In this document: piece by piece, positions 44,281 through 52,335 of the stretch
How the letters are laid out: each line of letters begins with the position of its first letter
Position numbering within the stretch: position 1 is the first letter of the stretch
Assembly (NCBI GenBank): GCA_016188215.1
Contig: JACPIF010000011.1
Span: forward strand, 2,139 to 66,138
Reading direction: 5' to 3'
Source: Candidatus Woesearchaeota archaeon
Lineage (GTDB): Archaea; Nanobdellota; Nanobdellia; Woesearchaeales; JACPIF01
Length of the DNA stretch: 64,000 bases
Program-made: the position numbers and the translations under genes
The notes under the pieces: model-generated
Databases searched by the model: none
Seen by the model: only the letters and a program-made list of their open reading frames with translations
Told to the model about the DNA's origin: nothing

Positions 44281-44449
44281 ATTAAGAGCCCAACCGAGCC
44301 GAGCTTGGTTGGGGATACACCCACAATAAGAAGGTGTAAAACCTTTTTAACCGAACAGTTAGAATGGTTATACTTCCTTCTTAATAAAGTTTGTGGATAA
44401 AATAAAATTGTAGCGATAGCTATGTGTATTCTACTCAGGGGCTCTTAAT
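44281..44449. repeat. 11-bp inverted repeat pair enclosing hairpin-rich DNA
   Basis: ATTAAGAGCCC at 44281-44291 and its complement GGGCTCTTAAT at 44439-44449. The inner hairpin is CCCAACC..GGTTGGG. Confidence 0.45.
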
Positions 44450-44627
44450 GGGGGTAAGGAGCATGTTAGAATCGGTAATGATAATGCTAGCTGTAGCTTT
44501 GGCTCTATTCCTATTTGGTAGAGCTGCTAGTGCAGCAGCAAGTGCATTTGCAGGACTTGCTAGTAACCTCTATGTTCTAGCAATTATTGCCCTAATAGCT
44601 ACATTCCTATTCAGCTCTTTGGGGTAA
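44424..44627 (+). CDS. small hydrophobic Ala-rich membrane protein
   Basis: 67 aa (GTG start), with in-frame ATGs at 44448 and 44463. Two TM spans. Confidence 0.4.
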   Translation: MYSTQGLLMGVRSMLESVMIMLAVALALFLFGRAASAAASAFAGLASNLYVLAIIALIATFLFSSLG

Positions 44628-44660
44628 TTTAAGGGGGCGAGCTTTGCTCGCCTTCTTATT

Positions 44661-45068
44661 TTAGATAAAGTAGTGTATATATTTTTTAAACCATATCGGC
44701 AGTCTTTTTCTTAGCTTACTAATTCTGGACTCTTTCTTTTTTATTTTATGTTTCTTCTCTAATTTTTTTAATTCTTGAGTTAATTTGATTCTTTTGATAT
44801 TATATGCTAATATAAATAGGTCTCTCTCCATACTATACCTATCGGCTATCATATAAAATCCTAATAAGAAGAAGATATAACCAAGCACTCCAGAGCCAAT
44901 AACTATCATCCATGCAAATATATCTGTTGGTTGTGATTGTGCTACTGTTTTTATATGATTTAAATAAACATAGCCCATCCCAGTTAATGATAAAATTCCT
45001 ATGGTAGTAATATAAAATTCTGATTTACTCCTCAATAGCCGTTCTATAATGTCAATCTGAGGCATCAA
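44661..45068 (-). CDS. membrane protein with a Lys-rich C-terminus
   Basis: 135 aa. Two or three TM spans, then KKLEKKHKIKKKESR. Confidence 0.45.
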   Translation of the reverse strand: MMPQIDIIERLLRSKSEFYITTIGILSLTGMGYVYLNHIKTVAQSQPTDIFAWMIVIGSGVLGYIFFLLGFYMIADRYSMERDLFILAYNIKRIKLTQELKKLEKKHKIKKKESRISKLRKRLPIWFKKYIHYFI

Positions 45069-45258
45069 ATATCACCCTCACAAAGATAAAAATCATGCCC
45101 AATAATAAAATACCGAGTATTAGAAAATCATTCTTTAAGGCTATTGAGAGTGCAAAAAATATAGCTAATATATATATCACAATAAAGGTTAACTTGTCTT
45201 TTGCCTTCATTTTGGCATAGGAACTTAGGTTGGAATTTAAACCTTTCTTAGAATTCAC
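45052..45258 (-). CDS. small membrane protein
   Basis: 68 aa. Two TM spans. Overlaps the downstream ORF by 17 nt. Confidence 0.4.
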   Translation of the reverse strand: MNSKKGLNSNLSSYAKMKAKDKLTFIVIYILAIFFALSIALKNDFLILGILLLGMIFIFVRVIFDASD

Positions 45259-45369
45259 TCATAGAAACCCCCATCTGCAACCTTCTAAGAAAGGGCTTTC
45301 GTATCCAGCAGACCTTACAGCCCACCAAATAATAAACTTTATAAACATTCCACCTATCTGCTAGCCCCG

Positions 45370-46272
45370 ATGGGGGCATTTGACAGCATCGCAAATAATC
45401 TCAGGCAGTTCTATGACCGTTACTATAAGCTATTGCTTATTATCCCGGTTGCCATGCTCCTGTTCTCCTTTTTCCAGATAGGCTATCAGCTTGCTGCAAC
45501 AGGCGATTTCATGCACCGTGATGTTTCATTGAAAGGCGGCATCACAGTAACAATCCCTGTAGCTCAGGAATACAGTGAATCCGCCATCCGCGCCCATTTT
45601 GCTGGAAAATTCCCGGGCATTGATCTTGCAACAAGGATCATAACAGGAACTGAGCCCGCAATCTTATTGCAGGCAGATATCGATCCGGATTCACCTGCGG
45701 CTGATCAATTCTTCAGCGAAGTTGAGGGTTTCTTTAAGGTAGCTTCTGAGCAATATTCAGTTGAGGTCACAGGCCCCACCCTTGGCAGGAGCTTTTTCAT
45801 GGAGCTGCTCCTGGCTGTTTTGGTTGCGTTTGCCCTGATGGCCATTGTCGTATTCATCTCATTCAGGAAAATAGTTCCTAGCCTTGCAGTCCTTCTTGCA
45901 GTTGTCTGCAACGTGCTCTTTGCGCTTGCCATGGTGAATGCATTGGACATAAGGATAGGCGCAGGTGGCATCGCCGCGTTCCTCATGCTGATTGGCTATT
46001 CAGTTGATACCGACATCCTGCTCTCATCCAGAGTTCTCAAGCGCAGCGAGGGCTCAGTCCTTGACAGGGTTATTGACGCTTCCAAGACCGGCATTATGAT
46101 GACTGCAACTGCCATTGCCGCTATCGGCATCGCATTATTCCTCACGCAGTCTGACATAATACGGCAGATTATGATAATCCTTCTCTTCGGCCTTCTGGCG
46201 GACATTCCCAATACATGGATCCAGAATGCAGGCATACTGCGCGTGTATCTGGAGCGCAAGGGTGCAGCATGA
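45370..46272 (+). CDS. secF: protein-export membrane protein SecF
   Basis: 300 aa. N-terminal TM, periplasmic-type domain, C-terminal 5-TM block (GYSVDTDILL). Confidence 0.88.
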   Translation: MGAFDSIANNLRQFYDRYYKLLLIIPVAMLLFSFFQIGYQLAATGDFMHRDVSLKGGITVTIPVAQEYSESAIRAHFAGKFPGIDLATRIITGTEPAILLQADIDPDSPAADQFFSEVEGFFKVASEQYSVEVTGPTLGRSFFMELLLAVLVAFALMAIVVFISFRKIVPSLAVLLAVVCNVLFALAMVNALDIRIGAGGIAAFLMLIGYSVDTDILLSSRVLKRSEGSVLDRVIDASKTGIMMTATAIAAIGIALFLTQSDIIRQIMIILLFGLLADIPNTWIQNAGILRVYLERKGAA

Positions 46273-47834
46273 AGTTCAGGAAGATGCTGAAGAATCCCCG
46301 TGTAATCATCCTGGTCATAGCCTTTATTCTTGCATTGGTTGCAATACAGCCCAATCCTTTTGTTGACGGCGTCGCTATCCAGGCGATTGAGCAGAACAGC
46401 TCAGCATCCCAGGGAGGCATGCATAACCCTTTGCCTAACACCAGGCCGCTTTCCAAGGAGCGCATCATTGCAATAAATAATGAGGAGCTATCCTCTATCC
46501 GCGAATTTTATGACTTTGTCTCAACGCTCAAGGCAAATGATACTGTACTGGTAAGGACGAATAAGGCGCAATACCGGCTGCTTGTGCAGGTTCCAGGCTC
46601 ACTTGGAATCTCTGTTCAGGATGCCCCCATGACAAATATCAGGAAAGGCCTTGACTTGCAGGGCGGCACCCGCGTCCTGCTAAGGCCAGCTGAAAAAGTG
46701 TCGCAGGCATACCTCAATGATGTCATGGCAACCATGGAGCAGCGCCTGAATGTTTATGGCCTGAGCGACATTGTGCTCCGCTCTGCATCTGACCTTACTG
46801 GCACTCAATACATTTTGGTAGAGATTGCTGGCGCTTCCCAGGAAGATGTGCGCGAGCTGCTTGCGCGCCAGGGAAAATTTGAGGCGAAGGTAGCTAATGC
46901 TACAGTATTCCGTGGCGGCCGCGACATCACCTATGTCTGCAGGACAGCTGACTGCTCAGGCATTGACCCGAACAGGGGCTGTGGCGCCTCAGCAGGCGGA
47001 TGGGCATGCGCCTTTGCGTTCAGCATTGCATTATCCCCTGAGGCTGCCCAGGCGCAGGCAGATGCTACAAGAAACCTTGAAGTCATCAAAGATGGCAACA
47101 ACGCCTATTTGAGCGAGAAACTTGTGCTGTACCTTGACGACAGGGCAGTAGACCAGCTCAGCATCGGTGCAGACCTGAAAGGAAAAGCCGCAACTAATAT
47201 CCAGATATCAGGCTCCGGCGCAGGAGCCAGTGAGCAGGAGGCTGTTGCAAACACTTTGGCAAACATGCGGCGCCTCCAGACAGTCCTTATTACCGGTACA
47301 TTGCCGGTAAAGCTTGAGATCGTGAAGGTTGATTCCATATCGCCTTTGCTCGGCTCTGAATTCGTGAAGAATTCAGTATTTATCGGCCTGCTTGCAATCC
47401 TTGTTGTCACCGCTCTTATCTATATCAGGTACAGGAAGCTTACTGTTTCCCTCCCCATCATTTTTATAATGCTGATTGAGATATTCATTACCATAGGCTT
47501 TGCATCTGCAATCGGCTGGACCATTGATCTTGCAGGCATCGCAGGCCTGATTGTGGCTGTCGGGACTGGCGTGAATGACCAGATCGTGATAGCAGACGAG
47601 ATGCTGAAAGGCGAATCAAGGCAGGTCTTTGACTGGAAGAAGAAGATCAAGAATGCGTTTTTCATCATCTTTGCGGCATTCTTCACAGTGATTGCAGCCA
47701 TGCTCCCGCTGCTGTTCGCAGGCGCAGGCTTATTGAAGGGCTTTGCCCTAATCACCATCGCAGGCGTCTCAATCGGCGTCTTCATAACCAGGCCTGCATA
47801 CGCAGCCATGGTTGAAATATTGCTGAGAGATTAA
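46269..47834 (+). CDS. secD: protein-export membrane protein SecD
   Basis: LDLQGGTRVLL, and the C-terminal TM block GTGVNDQIVI. I chose the ATG at 46269 (ATGA overlap with the secF stop) over the track start at 46215. Confidence 0.88.
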   Translation: MKFRKMLKNPRVIILVIAFILALVAIQPNPFVDGVAIQAIEQNSSASQGGMHNPLPNTRPLSKERIIAINNEELSSIREFYDFVSTLKANDTVLVRTNKAQYRLLVQVPGSLGISVQDAPMTNIRKGLDLQGGTRVLLRPAEKVSQAYLNDVMATMEQRLNVYGLSDIVLRSASDLTGTQYILVEIAGASQEDVRELLARQGKFEAKVANATVFRGGRDITYVCRTADCSGIDPNRGCGASAGGWACAFAFSIALSPEAAQAQADATRNLEVIKDGNNAYLSEKLVLYLDDRAVDQLSIGADLKGKAATNIQISGSGAGASEQEAVANTLANMRRLQTVLITGTLPVKLEIVKVDSISPLLGSEFVKNSVFIGLLAILVVTALIYIRYRKLTVSLPIIFIMLIEIFITIGFASAIGWTIDLAGIAGLIVAVGTGVNDQIVIADEMLKGESRQVFDWKKKIKNAFFIIFAAFFTVIAAMLPLLFAGAGLLKGFALITIAGVSIGVFITRPAYAAMVEILLRD

Positions 47835-47895
47835 GTAAGAGCAAAAGATAGCAAAAGGTAAACAAAAATAAATAAACTAAACTAGCACAGTAGTC

Positions 47896-47990
47896 GCTGA
47901 GCTGAAGCTCAGCTCCGGGGTTACGGGAGTCCCCGAACATTAATGCTTTACAGCCAGAATCGGGGACATGTAGGCTGCGCAGTTCGCAGC
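47896..47990 (+). other. cluster of three GC-rich hairpins related to 29608-29730
   Basis: GCTGAGC-TGAA-GCTCAGC 47896-47913; GTCCCCGA-N23-TCGGGGAC 47929-47967; GCTGCG-N5-CGCAGC 47974-47990. Confidence 0.4.
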
Positions 47991-48030
47991 AGTAATGCAA
48001 ATAAAGTTAAAATGCATAACAAATAGAAAA

Positions 48031-48471
48031 ATGACAAGAACAAGTCCATGGGCAATCTTGCTGGTATTCCTTTCTACTTTAGTGAACGCGTCCGCACAGA
48101 CCCTGTACAAGCTGGGCTCAGCAAACCTAGGCAGCCTTTCCGTAATCCTAACCAACTATTATATATGGATTGGTTTGTTCCTGTACGGCGTTTCAGCATT
48201 GATGCTCGTCATCGCATTGAAATATGGTGAGCTCTCGGTCTTATATCCTGTTATAGCCACCAGCTTCATCTGGGTTAATCTGATTGCAAGATATTTCTTC
48301 CACGAAGATGTCGGCTTCCTCAAATGGCTTGGGATTGTCGCGATCATGCTGGGTTTGACGCTTATTGGTTTAGGAGAGTTCCGCAACCAGGGAAAACAAA
48401 GTTTTCCTGGCGCCAGAAATGCTGGCATTTCTGAGCATAAATCAAAGGTAACCGAAAAGGTGAATGCATAA
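48031..48471 (+). CDS. EamA/DMT-type half-size transporter subunit
   Basis: About 147 aa from the ATG at 48031 (track ORF starts at 47995). Four TM spans. ALKYGELSVLYPV. Confidence 0.65.
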   Translation: MTRTSPWAILLVFLSTLVNASAQTLYKLGSANLGSLSVILTNYYIWIGLFLYGVSALMLVIALKYGELSVLYPVIATSFIWVNLIARYFFHEDVGFLKWLGIVAIMLGLTLIGLGEFRNQGKQSFPGARNAGISEHKSKVTEKVNA

Positions 48472-48821
48472 TGGCAAACACATTAATTGCAGTGGCTCTG
48501 GTATTCACCGCCACCTTAATTGGAGCTTTTGGAGCCTTATTCTTCAAGAAGGCCTCAGCCACAATACGGAGGCATATAGGCTCTTTCCTGACGAACATTA
48601 ATCTTTATATCGGAGGATTCCTTTATGCCCTCTCCACAGTCTTCTTCATACCGGCATTAAAGTTCGGCGACCTGTCATTAGTCTATCCTTTGACATCACT
48701 GACCTATATCTGGGTCACCATCCTCTCAAGCGTTTACCTAAAAGAAAAGATTAACGCGTACAAGATAGCAGGCATCGCGCTGATTTTTGTCGGCATCGCT
48801 GCTATCGGGATTGGATCGTAA
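48471..48821 (+). CDS. EamA/DMT-type half-size transporter subunit (paralog)
   Basis: 116 aa. Four TM spans. ALKFGDLSLVYPL. Its start abuts the upstream stop. Confidence 0.7.
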   Translation: MANTLIAVALVFTATLIGAFGALFFKKASATIRRHIGSFLTNINLYIGGFLYALSTVFFIPALKFGDLSLVYPLTSLTYIWVTILSSVYLKEKINAYKIAGIALIFVGIAAIGIGS

Positions 48822-48842
48822 GAAACCTTTTTATACTTCTTC

Positions 48843-49535
48843 ATGGTGCTAAATTCCATGCCCAAAACAGTCATCCTATCCTTAGGCGGCTCATTGATAG
48901 TCCCGGATGAAATAGATACCGAGTTTCTAAAGCAGTTCAAGGCATTAATCTTAAGCTTCATAAGCAAAGGCAACCGCGCAGCCATCATCTGCGGCGGCGG
49001 CAGGACTTGCAGGAAATACTATGCAGCCGCATCCAAAGTCTCAAAAATAAGAGAAGTTGACTTTGACTGGATAGGCATAGCCTCAACCAAATTAAATGCA
49101 GAAATGGTAAGGAGCATATTCGGCAGTTTGGCTCATGACAGGGTTATAGATAACTATGATAGGCCTCTAAAGACAAGCAAAAAAATCATAATAGGATGCG
49201 GCCATAGGCCAGGGCATTCAACTGATTATGATGCAGTCCTTATGGCTAAAAAGCTTAAATCAAAGGAGATTATCAACCTTTCAAACATTGATTATGTGTA
49301 TGATAAGGACCCTAAAAAACATCCTGATGCCAAGCCCATAAAATCAATAGCCTGGAGCGAGGTAATCAGGCTGGCAGGCAAATGGAAGACCGGCATGCAC
49401 ACCCCATTTGACCCGGAAGCCTCAAAACAGGCAAAAAATGCAGGATTAAGGGTTATTATCGCGAACGGCAATGACTTGGATAATGTAAAGGCCATATTGG
49501 AAGGCAGGCGGTATAAGGGCACGCTCATTTCTTAG
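48843..49535 (+). CDS. pyrH: UMP kinase, archaeal type
   Basis: 230 aa. ILSLGGSLIVP, ICGGGRTCRKYY, amino-acid-kinase fold. An ATG alternative lies at 48858. Confidence 0.85.
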   Translation: MVLNSMPKTVILSLGGSLIVPDEIDTEFLKQFKALILSFISKGNRAAIICGGGRTCRKYYAAASKVSKIREVDFDWIGIASTKLNAEMVRSIFGSLAHDRVIDNYDRPLKTSKKIIIGCGHRPGHSTDYDAVLMAKKLKSKEIINLSNIDYVYDKDPKKHPDAKPIKSIAWSEVIRLAGKWKTGMHTPFDPEASKQAKNAGLRVIIANGNDLDNVKAILEGRRYKGTLIS

Positions 49536-49536
49536 T

Positions 49537-50304
49537 TTATTTAGGACCATCGTATGTATAATCCCATTTGGTAAATGGTGCGGTCGGTACAATCCTTAAT
49601 AATGTAGCAACCATGTCATCTAATACTGAAGCAATGCCTCTGGTTCCTTTTTCTTTCTGCAATTTATGATATATGTCAACAATAGCTTGAGAATTGTGGC
49701 TGATTGAGTATCCATTTGCCATAAGCTCTACAGGCATATTAAAGCCTGAAAAAGTGTCTCCAAACCAGAAAGCAAAGGCTTCTTCGCATGAGTTTGGAAC
49801 TATACCTCCCATTCCATCATCTCTGCAATAAAGTTCAGCTTCTTCTGTTTTTCGAAGCTGTGCGAAAAAATCATTGTCAAAAAGCCAGCGATAGACTATA
49901 TGTGCATATTCGTGGGTTAAAACTCCCTTAAAAAAATGAACAGGATTTGACCTTTGTCCAGTATTTTGTTTTGCAAATTGACGAAATCTATGATAAAATG
50001 GATTTAATGCAACCACAGCAGGCCGCACACCAATATGAGTTTTATTTTTTACAGTAATAATCCTAGCTGAACAATCTTTTAAATTATGGTCTTCCCAGAC
50101 TTTGGTTTTAGGTGGCACTTTATCCACTAAAAGCTCTTCCAATACCATGTATACTTCATGATGACTTTGTTCTAGCTTAGGTGTAAGTGGTAAGAGCTTA
50201 ACATAATCTTCTTGATCATAACAGAACCCTCCCACATCCAAAGGTGTTCTTTTCATAGTTATAAGGCAAAACCTGTTATTTATAAAATTTGTTGCACCCA
50301 CCAC
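49537..50304 (-). CDS. hypothetical protein with an HExxH motif (possible metallopeptidase)
   Basis: 255 aa. GVLTHEYAHIVYRW. AT-rich. No family recognised. Confidence 0.5.
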   Translation of the reverse strand: MVGATNFINNRFCLITMKRTPLDVGGFCYDQEDYVKLLPLTPKLEQSHHEVYMVLEELLVDKVPPKTKVWEDHNLKDCSARIITVKNKTHIGVRPAVVALNPFYHRFRQFAKQNTGQRSNPVHFFKGVLTHEYAHIVYRWLFDNDFFAQLRKTEEAELYCRDDGMGGIVPNSCEEAFAFWFGDTFSGFNMPVELMANGYSISHNSQAIVDIYHKLQKEKGTRGIASVLDDMVATLLRIVPTAPFTKWDYTYDGPK

Positions 50305-50343
50305 CCAATAAATTTAAATAAGCCATTCCTCAGAAATTACTCC

Positions 50344-52008
50344 ATGACCATGCAGCAGAACATCCAGGATCTGAAGCGCTTCCAGCAGTTGCTCTATGTC
50401 CTGTTCAAGAATGAGATGGGCCTTCTGATTTCAAAGATGCGGTTGAAAGACCATTTGACCTTGCAGGAACGCCTGGAAAAAGACAAGCTCGCAAGATTAG
50501 ACACGCAGCCAGTCAGGATCCGCATGGTTCTGGAGGAGATGGGCGCTTCCTTCACCAAGCTCGGCCAGCTCCTGAGCCTAAGACCTGACATGATCCCTAA
50601 AGAATATTCGGAGGAATTCGGCAAATTAAGGGACCGCGTCAAGCCTTTCCCTTCAGACATTGCCATCAGGACTATCCAGGATGAGTTAAAAGTCCCGTTG
50701 GAAGATGTTTTCACAACTTTCAATCCAGAGCCCTTGGCCGCAGCCTCTATCGGCCAGGTGCACGATGCAACTCTCAATAAGGGCGAGCAGGTTGTCATTA
50801 AAGTACAGCGCCCGAAAATAGACCAGCTGATGCGCACAGATATTGATATCATGTACTACTTTGCAAGGCTGCTGCAGTCGCATTACCCTGAAGTTTCAAA
50901 ATTCATCAATCCTGTTGAGATTGTCAGGGAATTTGAGCGGTACACAGAGGCTGAGTTGAACTACATGCTTGAGGTCAAGCATATTGAGCATTTCTATAGG
51001 AATTTCCAGAACCATCCGAATGTGAAGATTCCAAAGCCATATCTGAATTTCTCTACCAGGCGCGTCATTGTCATGGAAAAGATTGAAGGAATCCCTATCC
51101 TGGACATCAGGAGGGATCCAAAATATGACAAGAAGCTGATCAATAAGATACTTACTGATTCAATAATGAAGCAGGTCTTCATAGACGGCTACTTCCATGC
51201 AGACCCTCATCCTGGCAACATCTTTGTCCTGGGAAAGGATAGGATTGCATTCCTTGATTTTGGCATTGTCGGCATCATTGATGACAGGCTCAAGGAGAGC
51301 ATAACCAAGCTCTTCATAGGCATGATCCAGGGCAACCTGGACATCATGGCAGAAGCCCTTGTCAATCTGGATATTGTTGACCAGGACACCAGCCTTTCCA
51401 TGCTCAAGAAGGACTTGTATGATGCTTTTGCAGAATACCACAACACCACTGTCAACCGCTATGACATGGCTGAGATTTTCCACAAGTTTATTGCGCTTGC
51501 AAAGAAGCATAATATTACGTTTTCCAAGGATTTCATCCTGCTGGGAAAGACTATGATAACGCTGCAGGGTGTTTCCAAAGAGCTTGATCCCGACTATAAT
51601 ATTGTTGCTGCCTCCAAGCCGTTTGTAGAGCAGCTGGTTAGGCAAAAGCTCTCTCCTAGGGAAATATGGAAGAAGGTAAAGAAGAGCAGTGTGCATCTTG
51701 CCGCCTTCATCCAGGATTTCCCTGAAAAGACCTCGTTATTGTTGAGGAGGATGAGCAAGGCAGACGAGGACCTGCAGGCCATAGACCGGGACATCAAGAG
51801 CATGACTGTTGAGATAGACAAGTCAAGCAACCGCGTCACCTACGGCTTGCTCATAGCATCCTTAATCGTAGCAGCAGCCATCACCCTTCCTTTTAATGCG
51901 TACACAATAGCAGGCTACCCTGCACTCTCCTTTATAGCTATTGTGCTCGCCTTGATATTATCTCTAATGCTCATCATTTCGATAGCTAAGGAAAGGAAGC
52001 TATTCTAG
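50344..52008 (+). CDS. ABC1/UbiB-family atypical kinase with C-terminal TM segments
   Basis: KLGQLLSLRPDMIP, AAASIGQVHDA, HADPHPGNIF, DFG. The ATG at 50344 is preferred over the track start at 50212, which overlaps the divergent gene. Confidence 0.88.
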   Translation: MTMQQNIQDLKRFQQLLYVLFKNEMGLLISKMRLKDHLTLQERLEKDKLARLDTQPVRIRMVLEEMGASFTKLGQLLSLRPDMIPKEYSEEFGKLRDRVKPFPSDIAIRTIQDELKVPLEDVFTTFNPEPLAAASIGQVHDATLNKGEQVVIKVQRPKIDQLMRTDIDIMYYFARLLQSHYPEVSKFINPVEIVREFERYTEAELNYMLEVKHIEHFYRNFQNHPNVKIPKPYLNFSTRRVIVMEKIEGIPILDIRRDPKYDKKLINKILTDSIMKQVFIDGYFHADPHPGNIFVLGKDRIAFLDFGIVGIIDDRLKESITKLFIGMIQGNLDIMAEALVNLDIVDQDTSLSMLKKDLYDAFAEYHNTTVNRYDMAEIFHKFIALAKKHNITFSKDFILLGKTMITLQGVSKELDPDYNIVAASKPFVEQLVRQKLSPREIWKKVKKSSVHLAAFIQDFPEKTSLLLRRMSKADEDLQAIDRDIKSMTVEIDKSSNRVTYGLLIASLIVAAAITLPFNAYTIAGYPALSFIAIVLALILSLMLIISIAKERKLF

Positions 52009-52021
52009 GATAAAACATCAT

Positions 52022-52090
52022 GTCGTCCGCCAACAGCCATATTTGCAGCAAGAATGGCGGACTCCTATGGTGGAGTGGCGAAGCCAGATG
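52022..52090 (+). repeat. GC-rich hairpin element, diverged copy 4
   Basis: GTCCGCCA-N22-TGGCGGAC at 52025-52062, then AGTGGCGAAGCCAGATG, which aligns with AGTGCGCGAACCAGAGTG of copy 1. Confidence 0.55.
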
Positions 52091-52176
52091 CTAATATAGT
52101 TTTACTCGTTCTATTAAGAAAGATATATAAATAAAAACCCCCAGAAATCAATAAAAACAATTTCAAGAGGTGTATA

Positions 52177-52335
52177 ATGGTATTGCATCACATCAGAAGA
52201 GGTTTAGTCAAGGCAGCTGCAGTCAGTTTTGTAGCAGCCAGAAAAGTAAAGCATGCAGTTCTGGGCAAGAAAGGCAGCAAGCGAAGGCAAGTTGTCAAGA
52301 AAGCTGCAAAGAGAGTCGCGAGAAGGCTACGATAA
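52177..52335 (+). CDS. possible 52-aa highly basic protein (below the track cutoff)
   Basis: My translation: MVLHHIRRGLVKAAAVSFVAARKVKHAVLGKKGSKRRQVVKKAAKRVARRLR. AGAGGTG lies 5 nt upstream. The 3' end overlaps the convergent ligase gene by 9 nt. Confidence 0.3.
   Translation: MVLHHIRRGLVKAAAVSFVAARKVKHAVLGKKGSKRRQVVKKAAKRVARRLR

Noticed and set aside
43228-44291. GCTTAAT / GCTCTTAAT as terminal inverted repeats of the IS6-like element
   Set aside because: The match is only about 7 nt with an indel, which is too weak to define the IS ends.
46215-46268. Upstream start for secD given by the ORF track
   Set aside because: It would overlap secF by 58 nt. The ATG at 46269 gives the common ATGA stop/start overlap and a normal SecD N-terminus (MKFRKMLKNPRVIILV).
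51160-51696. 178-aa minus-strand ORF, plus 50394-50852
   Set aside because: Both are antisense to the ABC1/UbiB kinase gene and have no motifs of their own.
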